From Bacteroidales bacterium M2 (GTDB taxonomy: Bacteria > Bacteroidota > Bacteroidia > Bacteroidales > Muribaculaceae), in the NCBI GenBank assembly GCA_001689415.1, contig LUJM01000014.1:15359-79358 (forward strand): DNA of 64,000 nucleotides. The letters are read 5' to 3'. Position numbers and translations under genes: made by a program. Shown in pieces: positions 38,353 through 51,502 of the stretch (positions within the stretch are counted from its first letter, which is position 1; the number at the start of each line of letters is the position of its first letter). The notes below the pieces were generated by a model that was given only the letters and a program-made list of their open reading frames with translations, was not told the origin of the DNA and did not search any database.

Positions 38353-39879
38353 TTACATTCCAAGCACGCGGAAGATTTCCGGAGTGAAGGTTGTATTGAT
38401 CAGATTATTGAAGAAGTTCGGGAAGCAACCGATAGCGGCTACACAGAGGATAAGTGTAACTGTCGAGAAGCGTTCCCACCAGGTGGCGTCTGTCAGAGTA
38501 CGGTGGTGGTCATCGTAAACCGGGCCGAAGAGAAGCTTGCCTACTACGCGAAGGATGTAAACAGCTGTGATGACAATCGAGCAGCATGCGATGATTGTGA
38601 ACACTAACTTGAGCGATCCGGCGCCGCTTAGATAATCTGCCATACCGGCCTGGAACGAACCTACGAATATTGTCATTTCTGCCACGAAACCGCTCAAACC
38701 GGGAAGACCGAGCGATGCCATACCGGCAATTACATAGCATACCGACAAGTAAGGCATTATCTGCATCATACCGCCCATTTCGGTGATTTCGCGGGTGTGT
38801 GTACGACCGTAAATCATACCGATAAGTGCGAAGAACAAGGCTGTCATCAGACCGTGTGAGAGCATCTGCATGATAGCACCGGTCATAGCGGTTGAGTTAA
38901 GCATCAGGATTGCGAAAAGCACAAGACCGCAGTGTGATACCGACGAGTAAGCGTTGATATACTTGAGGTCGGTCTTGACGCATGCACAGAAAGCACCGTA
39001 TACTACCGAGATACCGGTAAGTATCAAGAAGATGAACGAAAGCTCTTTTGCTGCGAAAGGCATCAGGTAGATAGCCACGCGGAAGCAGCCGTAACCACCA
39101 AGCTTCATCAGTACGCCCGCATGGAGCATCGACACTGCTGTGGGGGCCGAGGCGTGACCGTCAGGACTCCAGGTGTGGAAGGGGAACATTGCTCCAAGGA
39201 CACCGAAACCTACAAAGGTCATCGGGAAGAGGAACTGCTGCCAGCCGTGGGGGATAGCATCGTATTTGGCAATCTCGAGGATATTCCAGGTCAGCTGGCT
39301 TCCTTCGGGAGCTGAATGATAGTAGATACCGATGAGGCCGAGCATCAGGAATGCAGAGCCGCCCATAAGCATCAGGGTAAGCTTCATTGCCGAATAGTTC
39401 TTGCGGCCCGAGCCCCATACGCCGATGAGAAGGTACATCGGGATAAGAGCAACCTCATAGAACATAAACATCGTAAAGAGGTCTACCGAGATAAAGAAGC
39501 CGAATACACCGGTCGAAAGGAGTATAAGCCACAGGAAGAACTCTTTGGGCTGAGGAATTGTCCATGAGGCAAAGGAGCCTGCGAAAACTATTATCGACGA
39601 CAGGATAAGCATCGCTATCGAAATACCGTCGACACCTACGGCAAGGTTGATATGAAGGGGAGCGAACCACGACCATGAGCCGGTAAACAACATCGGCTCG
39701 GTATTACCGGTGGCTCGGATTGCAAGGTACTCGACCAGCACATAAACCGACAGTGCCAGCAGTGCGATCGATCCTGTTACTGCTACCGCACGAATCTGCT
39801 TGATATTCTGGCATAGACCCAGACCGATAAGCATAATCACCGGTATGACTACAAAGTAGATTAATATATTGGAAAACAT
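38353..39879 (-). CDS. nuoM: Complex I subunit M
   Basis: GVDGIS, FYEVALIPMYLLIGVWG, FPFHTWSPDGH, LMKLGGYG, GLPGLSGFVAE. Confidence 0.96.
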   Translation of the reverse strand: MFSNILIYFVVIPVIMLIGLGLCQNIKQIRAVAVTGSIALLALSVYVLVEYLAIRATGNTEPMLFTGSWSWFAPLHINLAVGVDGISIAMLILSSIIVFAGSFASWTIPQPKEFFLWLILLSTGVFGFFISVDLFTMFMFYEVALIPMYLLIGVWGSGRKNYSAMKLTLMLMGGSAFLMLGLIGIYYHSAPEGSQLTWNILEIAKYDAIPHGWQQFLFPMTFVGFGVLGAMFPFHTWSPDGHASAPTAVSMLHAGVLMKLGGYGCFRVAIYLMPFAAKELSFIFLILTGISVVYGAFCACVKTDLKYINAYSSVSHCGLVLFAILMLNSTAMTGAIMQMLSHGLMTALFFALIGMIYGRTHTREITEMGGMMQIMPYLSVCYVIAGMASLGLPGLSGFVAEMTIFVGSFQAGMADYLSGAGSLKLVFTIIACCSIVITAVYILRVVGKLLFGPVYDDHHRTLTDATWWERFSTVTLILCVAAIGCFPNFFNNLINTTFTPEIFRVLGM

Positions 39880-39915
39880 CGTATTTACTGATTTTTATGT
39901 GTTTGCACCGTCTGG

Positions 39916-41946
39916 TTAGATTAAGCAAAGGGCTGTGATTCCGCCAAGAGCAAGAGCGCCAATCAGATAGTACCATACATACATCTGTATCTGGCCCGAC
40001 TGCAGCGGTTTGATTGCATCAGAAGCCTTGTTGGTGATTGTCGCGAACGAATCCATGGTGCCGTCGATGATATGGCGGTCAAACCAGGCAAGAGGACGGC
40101 AAACACAGCCGAAGATGATGCGGTGGGTGATAAACATATAAAGTTCATCGAAGTAGAAGCGGTGGTAGCTCCATGTCCACAGTGCGGGCAGCGCGTTGCG
40201 CATCTTCGACGGAAGGCTGTTTTCCTTGCGGTACATTACGGTGGCAAGACCGATTGCTGCGATTGCTACCAAAAGGCTGATAGAAGCAACACTCCAGTCA
40301 AGCGCCTTGAGGTTAGTAAAGAAGCTTACTTCCTCAAACATCGGATGACCGTTCCATGTTACAAGATTGCCGAAGGGTACAAAACCTGCGAAGCAAGATA
40401 CTACTGAAAGGATTACCAGCGGCAGGGTCATAGTCCAGGCCTGGTCGTGAGGCTCGTGATGTCCCTTGGGAGTCTCATGCTCTTTCCACCAGAATATCAG
40501 GTAGTAGAGACGGAACATGTAGAACGCGGTAAGACCGGCTACAAACGACATCCATACATACCACAGAGTCGACTGACCGAAGCATGCTGTCAGGATTTCG
40601 TCTTTTGAGAAGAAACCAGCAAACGGTATGATACCTGCGATTGCGAGACAGCCGATCAGGAACGCTATATGGGTAATAGGCATATGTTTGCGCAGACCGT
40701 GCATCTCGGTGTAGTTGTTCGATCCGATTGCGTGGATGATAGCACCGGCGCAAAGGAAGAGCAACGCCTTGAACATCGCGTGGGTAAACAGGTGGAACAT
40801 CGAGGCCATGTAGCCGAGACCGTGGTGGAACTCGGGACGGGCTACACCAAGCGATACCATCATAAATGCTATCTGAGAGATAGTAGAGAACGCCAGAACG
40901 CGCTTGATATCAAGCTGGGTACATGCCACGATTGCAGCATACAGGGCGGTAACAGCGCCGACTACTACGATGATATTGAGCGCGGCCTCCTCCATTAGGT
41001 ACAAGGGGAAAAGACGGGCTACAAGGTATACACCGGCTACAACCATGGTTGCTGCGTGGATGAGCGCCGACACAGGGGTAGGACCTTCCATTGCGTCAGG
41101 AAGCCAGATATGCAGAGGCATCATTGCCGATTTACCCATGCCGCCCATATAAATCAGTACGAGCGCCCAGGTCAGAACAGATGCACCCATAAAGGTGGGA
41201 GCTGCGCTGTTGGCAAAGATTCCACGGATATATTCAGCTGTGCCAAGATTTACCTGGCTTACGCCGGCAATGCCCTCTACAGGGATAGAGGTCAGCTCGG
41301 TGAAATTGAAGGTGCCGGTATACCACGAAAGGGTAAGAATACCGATCAAGAAGCCAAGGTCGGCAAATCGGGTTACGATAAATGCTTTCTTTGATGCAGA
41401 TACTGCGCTCGGTTTGGTATAGTAGAAACCGATCAGCAGGTATGACGATGCACCCACAAGCTCCCAGAAAATATACATCTGGAAAATGTTCGGGGCTACG
41501 ACAAGTCCGAGCATCGAGAAACTAAAGAGCGACAGGAAGGCGTAGAATCGCTGGAAACCGTGCTCGAAGACTCCGTGGTGATCGCGCATATAGCCCATGC
41601 TGTAGAGGTGTACCATAAATGATATGGTAGTGATGACTACAAGCATCATCGCCGAAATCGGGTCGAGAAGGAAGCCCAGTTTAATTACAAGTCTGTCGGT
41701 AAACTGCAACCAGGTCTGGTCGAATACGAGGTATTGCAGACGTTCGCCGGCTTCGTTGATAAAAATATCTGCGCCGGAGAAGAAATACTGGAAAGCAGTA
41801 TAGTAGGCAAGCACCAGGACGGTGCCCATGCCGCATGTGCCAAGGATGCCCGCAAGTTTATGTGTCATCTTCATGCCGGTGAGGCCAAGGAAGATGAACA
41901 TGAACAGCGGTATGGCCAGGATTAGGATAGGAATCGTTACGTCCAT
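39916..41946 (-). CDS. nuoL: Complex I subunit L
   Basis: WELVGASSYLLIGF, GKSAMMPLHIWLPDAMEGPTPVSALIHAATMV, HAMFKALLF. Confidence 0.97.
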   Translation of the reverse strand: MDVTIPILILAIPLFMFIFLGLTGMKMTHKLAGILGTCGMGTVLVLAYYTAFQYFFSGADIFINEAGERLQYLVFDQTWLQFTDRLVIKLGFLLDPISAMMLVVITTISFMVHLYSMGYMRDHHGVFEHGFQRFYAFLSLFSFSMLGLVVAPNIFQMYIFWELVGASSYLLIGFYYTKPSAVSASKKAFIVTRFADLGFLIGILTLSWYTGTFNFTELTSIPVEGIAGVSQVNLGTAEYIRGIFANSAAPTFMGASVLTWALVLIYMGGMGKSAMMPLHIWLPDAMEGPTPVSALIHAATMVVAGVYLVARLFPLYLMEEAALNIIVVVGAVTALYAAIVACTQLDIKRVLAFSTISQIAFMMVSLGVARPEFHHGLGYMASMFHLFTHAMFKALLFLCAGAIIHAIGSNNYTEMHGLRKHMPITHIAFLIGCLAIAGIIPFAGFFSKDEILTACFGQSTLWYVWMSFVAGLTAFYMFRLYYLIFWWKEHETPKGHHEPHDQAWTMTLPLVILSVVSCFAGFVPFGNLVTWNGHPMFEEVSFFTNLKALDWSVASISLLVAIAAIGLATVMYRKENSLPSKMRNALPALWTWSYHRFYFDELYMFITHRIIFGCVCRPLAWFDRHIIDGTMDSFATITNKASDAIKPLQSGQIQMYVWYYLIGALALGGITALCLI

Positions 41947-41952
41947 AGTGCT

Positions 41953-42264
41953 TTAGAATTTCATTTCGTTAAGCGAGCGTACGTCAATATTCTTGGCGGC
42001 TCGGAAAATGTTGATGATGATAGCGATTGCAAGCGCTGTCTCTGCCGCAGCTATTGCGATTGCGAACAGCGTGAAGAACATGCCCTCCATCTGTTCGGGA
42101 TAGAGAAAGCGGTTGAAAACCACAAAGTTGATATCAACGGCATTGAGCATCAGCTCCAGTGAGATGAGCATGGCGATCATGTTTTTACGTGTGATAAAGC
42201 CATAAACGCCGCAGCAGAACATCACCAGTGCGGGTACGAGGTAATATATAGCTGTTATTTCCAT
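41953..42264 (-). CDS. nuoK: Complex I subunit K
   Basis: LISLELMLNA, IAAAETALAIAII; start set at MEITAIYY. Confidence 0.95.
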   Translation of the reverse strand: MEITAIYYLVPALVMFCCGVYGFITRKNMIAMLISLELMLNAVDINFVVFNRFLYPEQMEGMFFTLFAIAIAAAETALAIAIIINIFRAAKNIDVRSLNEMKF

Positions 42265-42268
42265 AGTA

Positions 42269-42784
42269 TCAACGTTTGCGGGCAACGACTACGCCGCCGA
42301 TTATACATGCGAGCAACAGCACACTCACGGCCTCGAAGGGCAACAGGTACTGTCCGTGGCCGGAGCCAAGGAGTGCCTCGCCGACTTGTTGCATGTCGGG
42401 GGCGTCCATATCGGGCTTGGAGGCAAAAGCAACGCTGCATCGGCTTACAAGAGCATAGCCTGCGAGAAGCAGGGTAGCTATCGCGCCAATCGCACCAAGA
42501 AATCGTGATTTCGAGGTCAGGCGTTCGGTATTGTCTCCCGGTTTGCTCGTAAGAAGGATGGCAAATACAAATAGCACAACGATACCTCCGGCATACACCG
42601 CGATCTGCACTGCACCGAGGAACTCATAGTCAAGCATGAAGTAAACTACGGCGGCGGCAAATAGGGTGAACAGCAGGTAGGTCGCTGCACGCAATATCTT
42701 GCGTGTTGTAACGGCCATCACTGAGAAGACTATCATCGCCAGAGCGACGATAAAATACAAGATTATACTTCCTACTGATTCCAT
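42269..42784 (-). CDS. nuoJ: Complex I subunit J
   Basis: EFLGAVQIAVYAGGIVVLFVFAILL, YLLPFEAVSVLLL. Confidence 0.95.
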   Translation of the reverse strand: MESVGSIILYFIVALAMIVFSVMAVTTRKILRAATYLLFTLFAAAVVYFMLDYEFLGAVQIAVYAGGIVVLFVFAILLTSKPGDNTERLTSKSRFLGAIGAIATLLLAGYALVSRCSVAFASKPDMDAPDMQQVGEALLGSGHGQYLLPFEAVSVLLLACIIGGVVVARKR

Positions 42785-42790
42785 ATCGGT

Positions 42791-43408
42791 TTATTTATTT
42801 TCCTCTTTTGTGTCGGGAGCGGCTTTGCCTGCGCTCTCCTGTCCGGCGGCTTTCGCTGCTGCGGCTGCGGCGTCTTTGGCCTTAGCCTCGGCTATCTTGG
42901 CCTGACGTTCGGCCTCGATCTTGGCAAGCTGCTCGGGCGTGGGTTCCGGCTCTTCTTTTTCGGGGAGATAGTTGAGTTGCTTGACAAGCTTCGAACGCGT
43001 AAAAACGGCCTGTTCGAAATCGTTGTCAAACTCGATTGCGCCCGTGGGGCAGCTGGTCACACACAGCTGGCAGAAGGTACAGCTGCCAAGGTCGTAATGA
43101 TACTTGACAAGCTTTTTCTTCTTGGTTCCCTGCATGGTGGTTACCATTTTTGTCTCGATCGAGATGGTGCCGTTGGGGCAGTTGCGTTCGCAGTTCTGAC
43201 ATGCGATACATTTGTGATTGCCTTCGGCGTCGTAGACAAATTTCAGTTGAGCACGGAAGCGCTCCGGCCAATGATGCTCGGTGCGGTTCTCGGGATAGCA
43301 CTCGGTGATTTTCGGCGTCACGAACTCTTTGCCGGTCACCTTCATGCCTTTAAGCAGGCTCAGGATGCCGGAGCCTAACGATGAAAAGTATTCTGATACA
43401 CTACCCAT
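42791..43408 (-). CDS. nuoI: Complex I subunit I (2x[4Fe-4S])
   Basis: TECYPE, CIACQNCERNCP, CTFCQLCVTSCP; A/K-rich tail. Confidence 0.95.
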   Translation of the reverse strand: MGSVSEYFSSLGSGILSLLKGMKVTGKEFVTPKITECYPENRTEHHWPERFRAQLKFVYDAEGNHKCIACQNCERNCPNGTISIETKMVTTMQGTKKKKLVKYHYDLGSCTFCQLCVTSCPTGAIEFDNDFEQAVFTRSKLVKQLNYLPEKEEPEPTPEQLAKIEAERQAKIAEAKAKDAAAAAAKAAGQESAGKAAPDTKEENK

Positions 43409-43477
43409 TGATATGAGGTCTTGTTGGTTTACTATATATTCTTTTTTTCAAAAACTGCTGTGCCTTATCACGCCCGC

Positions 43478-44368
43478 CTAATCGCGCCTTTGTCCTCCGA
43501 CAATGTCGAGTAGCTCGGTCGTAATGCTTTGCTGTCGTAATTTGTTATATTCAAGCTGTAGCTGCTCAAGCAGTTTCTGAGCATTGTCGTTGGCGCTCTG
43601 CATTGCCATTACTCGCGCGGCCTGTTCACTCGCCCGGTTTTGGGCAAATGCTTCCTGCATCTGCGACAGAAGGAACATCGGAAGCACCGTGCGGAAAATG
43701 GTATCGGCATCCGGCTCGAACAGATAAGGCCTGCCCGAGGCATTGCCTTCACTGCTGAGCTTGCCTGCGCTTATTGGCAGGTAGCCGTCGCTCACAAGAC
43801 GCTGGCGGCCTGCCGATATAAAGTGCACATACATCAATTCTACACGGTCGGTTTCGCCGCTGAGGAAACGTTGCTCAAGGCCCTGGGCAAATATCTTAAC
43901 CGCATCTCCCTCGCTCTTGGAGTCTACTCCGGCTGCTGGGGTATAGTGCAGTTTGGGGTCCGAGCTGGCAAGCTTTTCGATAGGCTGCTGTAGTTTTTTA
44001 CCTACAGGTATCAGCTCTATCTCTACTTCATTGCCGCATTCCTGACGCAATTGCGCGATTGTGGCTATTACACCTTTGAATATATTGACATTATATGCGC
44101 CGCAAAGGCCGTCGTCGCTGCCAAGGAGCACTACTGTGGCATGCTTAACCACTCCGCGCTCTATTGTCAGCGGCGAGCTTACGGCGGCGTCGCTGCTGAG
44201 CAAATTGCCGATAATGCTTTGCACGCAGTCGCGGAAGGGCGACAGTCGGCGAAGTATACCCTCGGCCTTGTGCATCTTGGCCGAAGATATCATTTTCATT
44301 GCGCCGGTTATCTTCTCCGAAGAGCCTACCGACCCGATGCGGCCTTTTAATTCACGTAATGTTGCCAT
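43478..44368 (-). CDS. atpG: ATP synthase gamma subunit
   Basis: KITGAMKMISSAK, DGLCGAYN, SEQAARVMAM, YNKLRQQSITTELLDIVGG. Confidence 0.97.
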   Translation of the reverse strand: MATLRELKGRIGSVGSSEKITGAMKMISSAKMHKAEGILRRLSPFRDCVQSIIGNLLSSDAAVSSPLTIERGVVKHATVVLLGSDDGLCGAYNVNIFKGVIATIAQLRQECGNEVEIELIPVGKKLQQPIEKLASSDPKLHYTPAAGVDSKSEGDAVKIFAQGLEQRFLSGETDRVELMYVHFISAGRQRLVSDGYLPISAGKLSSEGNASGRPYLFEPDADTIFRTVLPMFLLSQMQEAFAQNRASEQAARVMAMQSANDNAQKLLEQLQLEYNKLRQQSITTELLDIVGGQRRD

Positions 44369-44423
44369 TGGTTTATTATCGGTTTGATTTGCCTGGTTCT
44401 GTTGATTTCAATCTTTAAAACGC

Positions 44424-45998
44424 TTAACTCTGGAAACGTGCTGCCACGTCGTGTGCGGCAAGTTTCAGTTTCTCGGCGATTTCGTCGGTCAGCGATCCTT
44501 TACCGAGAGATGCCATTTCTTCAGGATACTTGGCATGCATAAGCTGCAAGAACTGCTTTTCGAATTCTGCAACCTGGTCGATAGGCACTGCCTCGAGAAG
44601 GCCGTTAACGCCGCAGTAGATTACTGCGATTTCGTCTTCTACAGGCATCGGGCGGTACTGAGGCTGGATGAGCAGGCGCTCGTTCTTGCGGCCCTTGTCT
44701 ATTACACGGGCTGTCACAGCATCCATATCGCCGCCAAATTTTGTAAAGGCTTCGAGTTCGCGGAACTGGGCCTGGTCAATCTTCAATGTACCGGCAACCT
44801 TCTTCATCGATTTCACCTGTGCCGAACCACCTACACGCGATACAGAGATACCTACGTTGATAGCCGGGCGGATACCACGGTTGAAGAGTGCTGTCTCAAG
44901 GAAGATCTGACCGTCGGTAATCGAAATTACGTTAGTCGGGATATATGCTGATACGTCACCGGCCTGGGTCTCGATGATAGGTAGCGCGGTAAGCGAACCA
45001 CCGGCCTTCATGATAGGCTTGAGTGCCTCGGGAAGGTCATTCATCTGCGAGGCCACTTCCTGATTGTCGATAATCTTGGCGGCACGCTCGAGTAGACGTG
45101 AATGGAGATAGAAGATATCGCCGGGATAAGCTTCGCGGCCCGAAGGACGCTTGAGGATCAGCGATACCTCGCGGTAAGCAACGGCCTGTTTCGACAGGTC
45201 ATCGTATACGATAAGGGCGTCGCGTCCGGTATCACGGAAATACTCGCCGATAGCAACGCCTGCAAAGGGGGCGAAATAGCGCATTGCGGCCGACTCTGAC
45301 GCTGTTGCGGCTACTACGACGGTATACTCGAGTGCGCCGTGCTCTTTGAGCGTGTTAACAATCGAGGCAATCGACGATGCCTTCTGGCCGATAGCTACAT
45401 AGATGCAATATACGGGCTTGCCTTCTTCGTAGCTTTTGCGCTGGTTGATAATGGTATCGATGGCGATAGCGGTCTTGCCGATCTGGCGGTCACCGATGAT
45501 AAGCTCGCGCTGGCCGCGGCCTATGGGCACCATAGAGTCGATAGCCTTGAGACCGGTCTGCAGTGGCTGCTTCACAGGCTGGCGGTAGATTACACCGGGG
45601 GCCTTGCGCTCAAGGGGCAGACGGATAAGGTCGCCGCTGATAGGGCCGTTTCCGTCGATAGGCTCGCCAAGGATGTTGATCACACGTCCCAGCAAGCCCT
45701 CGCCTACGGGAATCGAAGCGATTTGGCCGGTGCGGCGCACTGTCATGTTCTCGGCTACCTCATTGACGTTGTTGAGTAGGATGACGCCCACGTTGCTCTC
45801 CTCGAGGTTCATGGCGACGCCTTTGACGCCGTTTTCGAATTCTACAAGCTCGTTGGCACCCACATTATCGAGGCCATAGACGTGAGCCACACCGTCGCCC
45901 ACGTCGAGCACGGTGCCTACTTCCTCGAAAGTTATCTTGGAGTTGATGTTTTCGAGCTCTTGTTTCAATACTTGAGATATCTCGCTGGGATTAATCAT
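44424..45998 (-). CDS. atpA: ATP synthase alpha subunit
   Basis: [52 protein letters not shown]. Confidence 0.98.
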   Translation of the reverse strand: MINPSEISQVLKQELENINSKITFEEVGTVLDVGDGVAHVYGLDNVGANELVEFENGVKGVAMNLEESNVGVILLNNVNEVAENMTVRRTGQIASIPVGEGLLGRVINILGEPIDGNGPISGDLIRLPLERKAPGVIYRQPVKQPLQTGLKAIDSMVPIGRGQRELIIGDRQIGKTAIAIDTIINQRKSYEEGKPVYCIYVAIGQKASSIASIVNTLKEHGALEYTVVVAATASESAAMRYFAPFAGVAIGEYFRDTGRDALIVYDDLSKQAVAYREVSLILKRPSGREAYPGDIFYLHSRLLERAAKIIDNQEVASQMNDLPEALKPIMKAGGSLTALPIIETQAGDVSAYIPTNVISITDGQIFLETALFNRGIRPAINVGISVSRVGGSAQVKSMKKVAGTLKIDQAQFRELEAFTKFGGDMDAVTARVIDKGRKNERLLIQPQYRPMPVEDEIAVIYCGVNGLLEAVPIDQVAEFEKQFLQLMHAKYPEEMASLGKGSLTDEIAEKLKLAAHDVAARFQS

Positions 45999-46049
45999 TG
46001 TATGCGGATAACTTGCTGTTGTGTTGTTAGAAAAAGTATGACTCCGCTA

Positions 46050-46598
46050 TCAGTTGATAAGCTTCAGACGGAGTTGTTTGAGTTGGGTACTTACTGAGGC
46101 GTCGAGACGCTCGGAATTTACCGTTACTGTAAATCCGCCGATCAACGACGGGTCAACTGTATAGTTGTACTCGAAAGTACCCTCTCCGATATGTTTTCCG
46201 ATAATGCCTTCGAGGCGCTTGCGTTCGCGGTCACCCATAGGAGCGGCTGAGCTGATATCGACTCGGTATATGGCATTTTCCTGCCTATACAGGTCTACGT
46301 ATGCCCGGGCGATGTCTCCTATCATGTCCGTACGCTTTTTCTTCTCCAGCAGGCGAAGGAAATCGACGAAGGTCGCTTCAGGCTTGCCGTCCTTGCCGCA
46401 AACCGCTGTTATGAGCAGCGTCGTCTTGTCGGCTTCGCTCACAAACGGATTAGCAACAGTAGCTGACAAGCCCGGGGTTTCGGCAAATGCCTTGCCCAAG
46501 GCCAGCATCAACTGGTAGAGCTTGGCTGTGTCAGAGCGCTCGACACCTACGGCATAGAGCGCTTTGGCATAGCGGCGGGGAATTAGACCTTGATCCAT
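46050..46598 (-). CDS. atpH: ATP synthase delta subunit
   Basis: RRYAKALY, VDPSLIGG, LDASV. Confidence 0.94.
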   Translation of the reverse strand: MDQGLIPRRYAKALYAVGVERSDTAKLYQLMLALGKAFAETPGLSATVANPFVSEADKTTLLITAVCGKDGKPEATFVDFLRLLEKKKRTDMIGDIARAYVDLYRQENAIYRVDISSAAPMGDRERKRLEGIIGKHIGEGTFEYNYTVDPSLIGGFTVTVNSERLDASVSTQLKQLRLKLIN

Positions 46599-46604
46599 GT
46601 GGAT

Positions 46605-47102
46605 TTATTTTGCAGGGTCAATCTGATCAAGCAGGCTGTCGACAAGCTTCTCCTGGGCGGCGTCCTGCTGCATTTGATTGTGTACAATCTTGCCGGCGAT
46701 GTCGAGGGCAAACTGGCTCACCTGGTTACGGAACTGCTGCTGAGCTTCCTTCTGCTGCTGGGCAATCTGGAGTTTTGCATTGTCCATTACCTTCTGGGCC
46801 TCGACCTGGGCTGCGCTGCGGGCCTGCTCGATGATTTGTGTTTTCATCTTGTCGGCTTCGCGCAGGATGTCGGCCTGCTGACGACGGGCTTCGTTGAGAT
46901 AGCTCTCTGCTTCGGTGCGGGCGTTGTCAAGTTGTGCCTTAGCGTCCTGGGCGTATTCCACCCCCTTGTCGATAAGGTCGGCACGGCTGTCGACGCTGCG
47001 AAGTATCACCGGCCAGGCAAACTTCCACAATGCGAGGAAGAGGATGCCAAAGGCGATGAACATCCAGAAGACGAGGCCGAAATCGGGCGTGAATAGTTCC
47101 AT
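46605..47102 (-). CDS. atpF: ATP synthase b subunit
   Basis: PDFGLVFW...KFAWPVI, then coiled coil. Confidence 0.95.
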   Translation of the reverse strand: MELFTPDFGLVFWMFIAFGILFLALWKFAWPVILRSVDSRADLIDKGVEYAQDAKAQLDNARTEAESYLNEARRQQADILREADKMKTQIIEQARSAAQVEAQKVMDNAKLQIAQQQKEAQQQFRNQVSQFALDIAGKIVHNQMQQDAAQEKLVDSLLDQIDPAK

Positions 47103-47125
47103 TTAGCGATGTATTGGGGCGTGGA

Positions 47126-47386
<261 letters not shown>

Positions 47387-47404
47387 TTATGGATTATTAT
47401 ATTT

Positions 47405-48526
47405 TTATACGAGGGTGTCTACTATTTCCTTGCCTACTTTGTGGTCGGCCTCGGCCTCTTCCTTCTCATGCTCCTGCTCTTGGGCAAGGCCGATGAAGAT
47501 TGTCGATAGCATCGTGAACACATATGCCTGGATAAAACTTACCAGTACATCGATAAGCAACATGAAAATCGAGAATATAAGCGATACTACCGTCGAGGCA
47601 CCGCCCGCTACGGGGTTTATGGCCGAGAAGATAAATATCAGCAGTGTAAGGGTGATTACAATCATATGGCCGCCCATCATGTTGGCAAACAGACGGACTG
47701 TAAGTGCCGCAGGCTTGGTAAACATACCGAAGATTTCAATCACCGGCATAATAGGCAGTGGCACCTTGAGCCACCAAGGCACATCGGGCCAGAAGATTTC
47801 CTTCCAATAGTGCTTGTTGGCAAAGCAGTTGGTGGCGATAAACGTACATACCGACAGCACCAGCGTAACGGCGATATTGCCGGTAAGGTTAGCGCCGCCG
47901 GGGAAGATGACAACCAAACCCAACAGGTTCATCACCAAAATGAAGAAGAACACTGTCATCAGATAGGGTGCAAAGCGGCGGGCCTGCGGGCCGAGAATAG
48001 GCTTCACGACACCGTCGTACACAAATGTGACAACGGCCTCAACTGCGCCAAGGCCCTTGCGCGGAGCTTTATAGGGGTGCTTCTTAAGGAAAGCAGCCAA
48101 CCATAGCATCACGCCGCCAACAAGAAGTATGCAGATAAAGAGTGCGCACACATTCTTGGTGATCGAGATATCCCAGGGACGTACCTCTTTACCATCTACG
48201 ATTTCTACCAGTTTGCCTTTATACTTGCTCTCCGGTCCGCCGATAGTAAATGTGCATCCGCCGTCGGTATAAACTGCGCCGTGGTCGAGGTGGCTCGACG
48301 AAAAACAGTGGAAACCGTCAGATGCGAAGCACATCACAGGCAGGGGTATGCGGTGATGATGATCGAAGGGAACTTCCCAGCCATAGCCGTCGAGCAGGTG
48401 CTCAAAGATTATATCCTTGGGATTGATCTTTGACTCTGCCGAATCTGCGGCCTCCGATGCCGATGCGCCGACCGACAGTACAGCCAGCAACATCAGTACT
48501 ATAATATGTTTGAAGCGGCTTATCAT
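47405..48526 (-). CDS. atpB: ATP synthase a subunit (Bacteroidota long form)
   Basis: DISITKNV, NLLGL, LTVRLFANMMGGH, IQAYVFTMLS. Confidence 0.95.
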   Translation of the reverse strand: MISRFKHIIVLMLLAVLSVGASASEAADSAESKINPKDIIFEHLLDGYGWEVPFDHHHRIPLPVMCFASDGFHCFSSSHLDHGAVYTDGGCTFTIGGPESKYKGKLVEIVDGKEVRPWDISITKNVCALFICILLVGGVMLWLAAFLKKHPYKAPRKGLGAVEAVVTFVYDGVVKPILGPQARRFAPYLMTVFFFILVMNLLGLVVIFPGGANLTGNIAVTLVLSVCTFIATNCFANKHYWKEIFWPDVPWWLKVPLPIMPVIEIFGMFTKPAALTVRLFANMMGGHMIVITLTLLIFIFSAINPVAGGASTVVSLIFSIFMLLIDVLVSFIQAYVFTMLSTIFIGLAQEQEHEKEEAEADHKVGKEIVDTLV

Positions 48527-48527
48527 A

Positions 48528-48764
48528 TCAATAGACGCAAACAGACACTATATTATTATCCACATCCACAATACCGCCTGTTACCGGAGTAGACTGCTCT
48601 GCCCCGCTCTCGTCGGTATAGCGTATGGTACCGGCCGACATCGTTGCTAACAGCGAGGCATGGTTGCGCAGAACGGTAAACTCGCCCATAGTACCCGGTA
48701 GGGTTACGGCGACTACCTCTCCTGTATAAAGCACAGCATCTGCAGATATAATTTTCAGTGTCAT
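48528..48764 (-). CDS. atpC: ATP synthase epsilon subunit (short, beta-sandwich only)
   Basis: VTLPGTMGEFTVLRNHASL, GGIVDV; ends after 78 aa. Confidence 0.92.
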   Translation of the reverse strand: MTLKIISADAVLYTGEVVAVTLPGTMGEFTVLRNHASLLATMSAGTIRYTDESGAEQSTPVTGGIVDVDNNIVSVCVY

Positions 48765-48860
48765 ATAATTGGTTTTTCTAATTTATGTTTTTGGTTTCCG
48801 GCTTACGGTCATTACTTACGCAAGCCGGCTGCCATAAACAATATTTTGCGCGGTCAAATT

Positions 48861-50360
<1,500 letters not shown>

Positions 50361-50380
50361 TTATATGGAGTGCTTGTTAT

Positions 50381-51457
50381 TTAAAAGTGAAAGTTTGTGA
50401 TAATGACGATAACCATCAACACAAGGTTGAAAAGGTTGATAGGAAGGAGGTACTTCCATTCGAGCGACAGCAGCTGGTCGATACGCAGACGGGGGAAGGT
50501 CCACTTGAACCAGATGATGACAAATGAAAGGGCGAAAGCCTTGAGGATAAACCATACAACGCCGGGGATATAGTCCATAATAGCGTTGAAGCCATCCCAG
50601 CCGGGGAAGTGGAGAGGCATCCAGCCGCCGAAGAAGAGCAGCGCTGCAACGCCCGACACGATAAACAGGTTGAGGTACTCGGCAAGGTAGAAGAAGCCGA
50701 AGTGCATACCCGAATATTCGGTATGATAACCGGCGGTAAGCTCACTCTCGGCCTCGGGAAGGTCGAACGGGCCGCGATTGGTCTCGGCGGTACCGGCAAT
50801 CATATAGATTACAAATGCAATAAGAGCGGGGATATGGCCCTTGAAGATAAACCAGAGGTCCTGCTGCTCGGCTACGATGCCTTCTACCGACATTGTACCG
50901 GCAAGACATACCATAGTGATTACCGACAGGCCGATCGAAAGTTCGTAGCTCACCATCTGGGCGCCCGAACGGAGCGAGCCGATGAGGGTAAACTTGTTGT
51001 TCGAAGACCAACCGGCCAACAGAATACCGAGCACACCTATCGACGAAACGGCGATGAGGAAGAAGATGCCGATATTGAAGTTGATAACCTGCAGACCGTT
51101 GCCCCACGGAAGCACCGCGAAAGCAAGCATCGAAGCGATGATTACCAGGTAAGGCGCGAGGGCGAAAAGGAAGCGGTCGATATGGTTGAGATGAATAATC
51201 TCCTTAATGAGCATCTTGAACATATCGGCGAAGCTCTGGCACAAGCCCATAGGGCCTACACGGTTCGGGCCGAGACGGCACTGGAATGCGGCGCAGAGTT
51301 TACGCTCGTAGTAGATGTAGAAAAGGGCGAGCAAGGCATAGACCAACAGCAGACCTACGCCTACAAGAAGGCACTCGGTTGTGACGGCAAGCCATCCCGG
51401 CATGAGCGAACGCAGCGAGTTGTCGATCCACGTGGTGATGAAAGAAAAATCTTGCAT
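50381..51457 (-). CDS. nuoH: Complex I subunit H
   Basis: [52 protein letters not shown]. Confidence 0.97.
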   Translation of the reverse strand: MQDFSFITTWIDNSLRSLMPGWLAVTTECLLVGVGLLLVYALLALFYIYYERKLCAAFQCRLGPNRVGPMGLCQSFADMFKMLIKEIIHLNHIDRFLFALAPYLVIIASMLAFAVLPWGNGLQVINFNIGIFFLIAVSSIGVLGILLAGWSSNNKFTLIGSLRSGAQMVSYELSIGLSVITMVCLAGTMSVEGIVAEQQDLWFIFKGHIPALIAFVIYMIAGTAETNRGPFDLPEAESELTAGYHTEYSGMHFGFFYLAEYLNLFIVSGVAALLFFGGWMPLHFPGWDGFNAIMDYIPGVVWFILKAFALSFVIIWFKWTFPRLRIDQLLSLEWKYLLPINLFNLVLMVIVIITNFHF

Positions 51458-51502
51458 TATGCTGTGATATTACTGATTAGCTATTGTGTTACGTCGCATT
51501 GA

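Noticed and set aside
45470..45496. AtpA Walker A reads GDRQIGKT instead of GDRQTGKT
   Set aside because: Variable position of the non-catalytic P-loop; I recall this variant in other functional alpha subunits.
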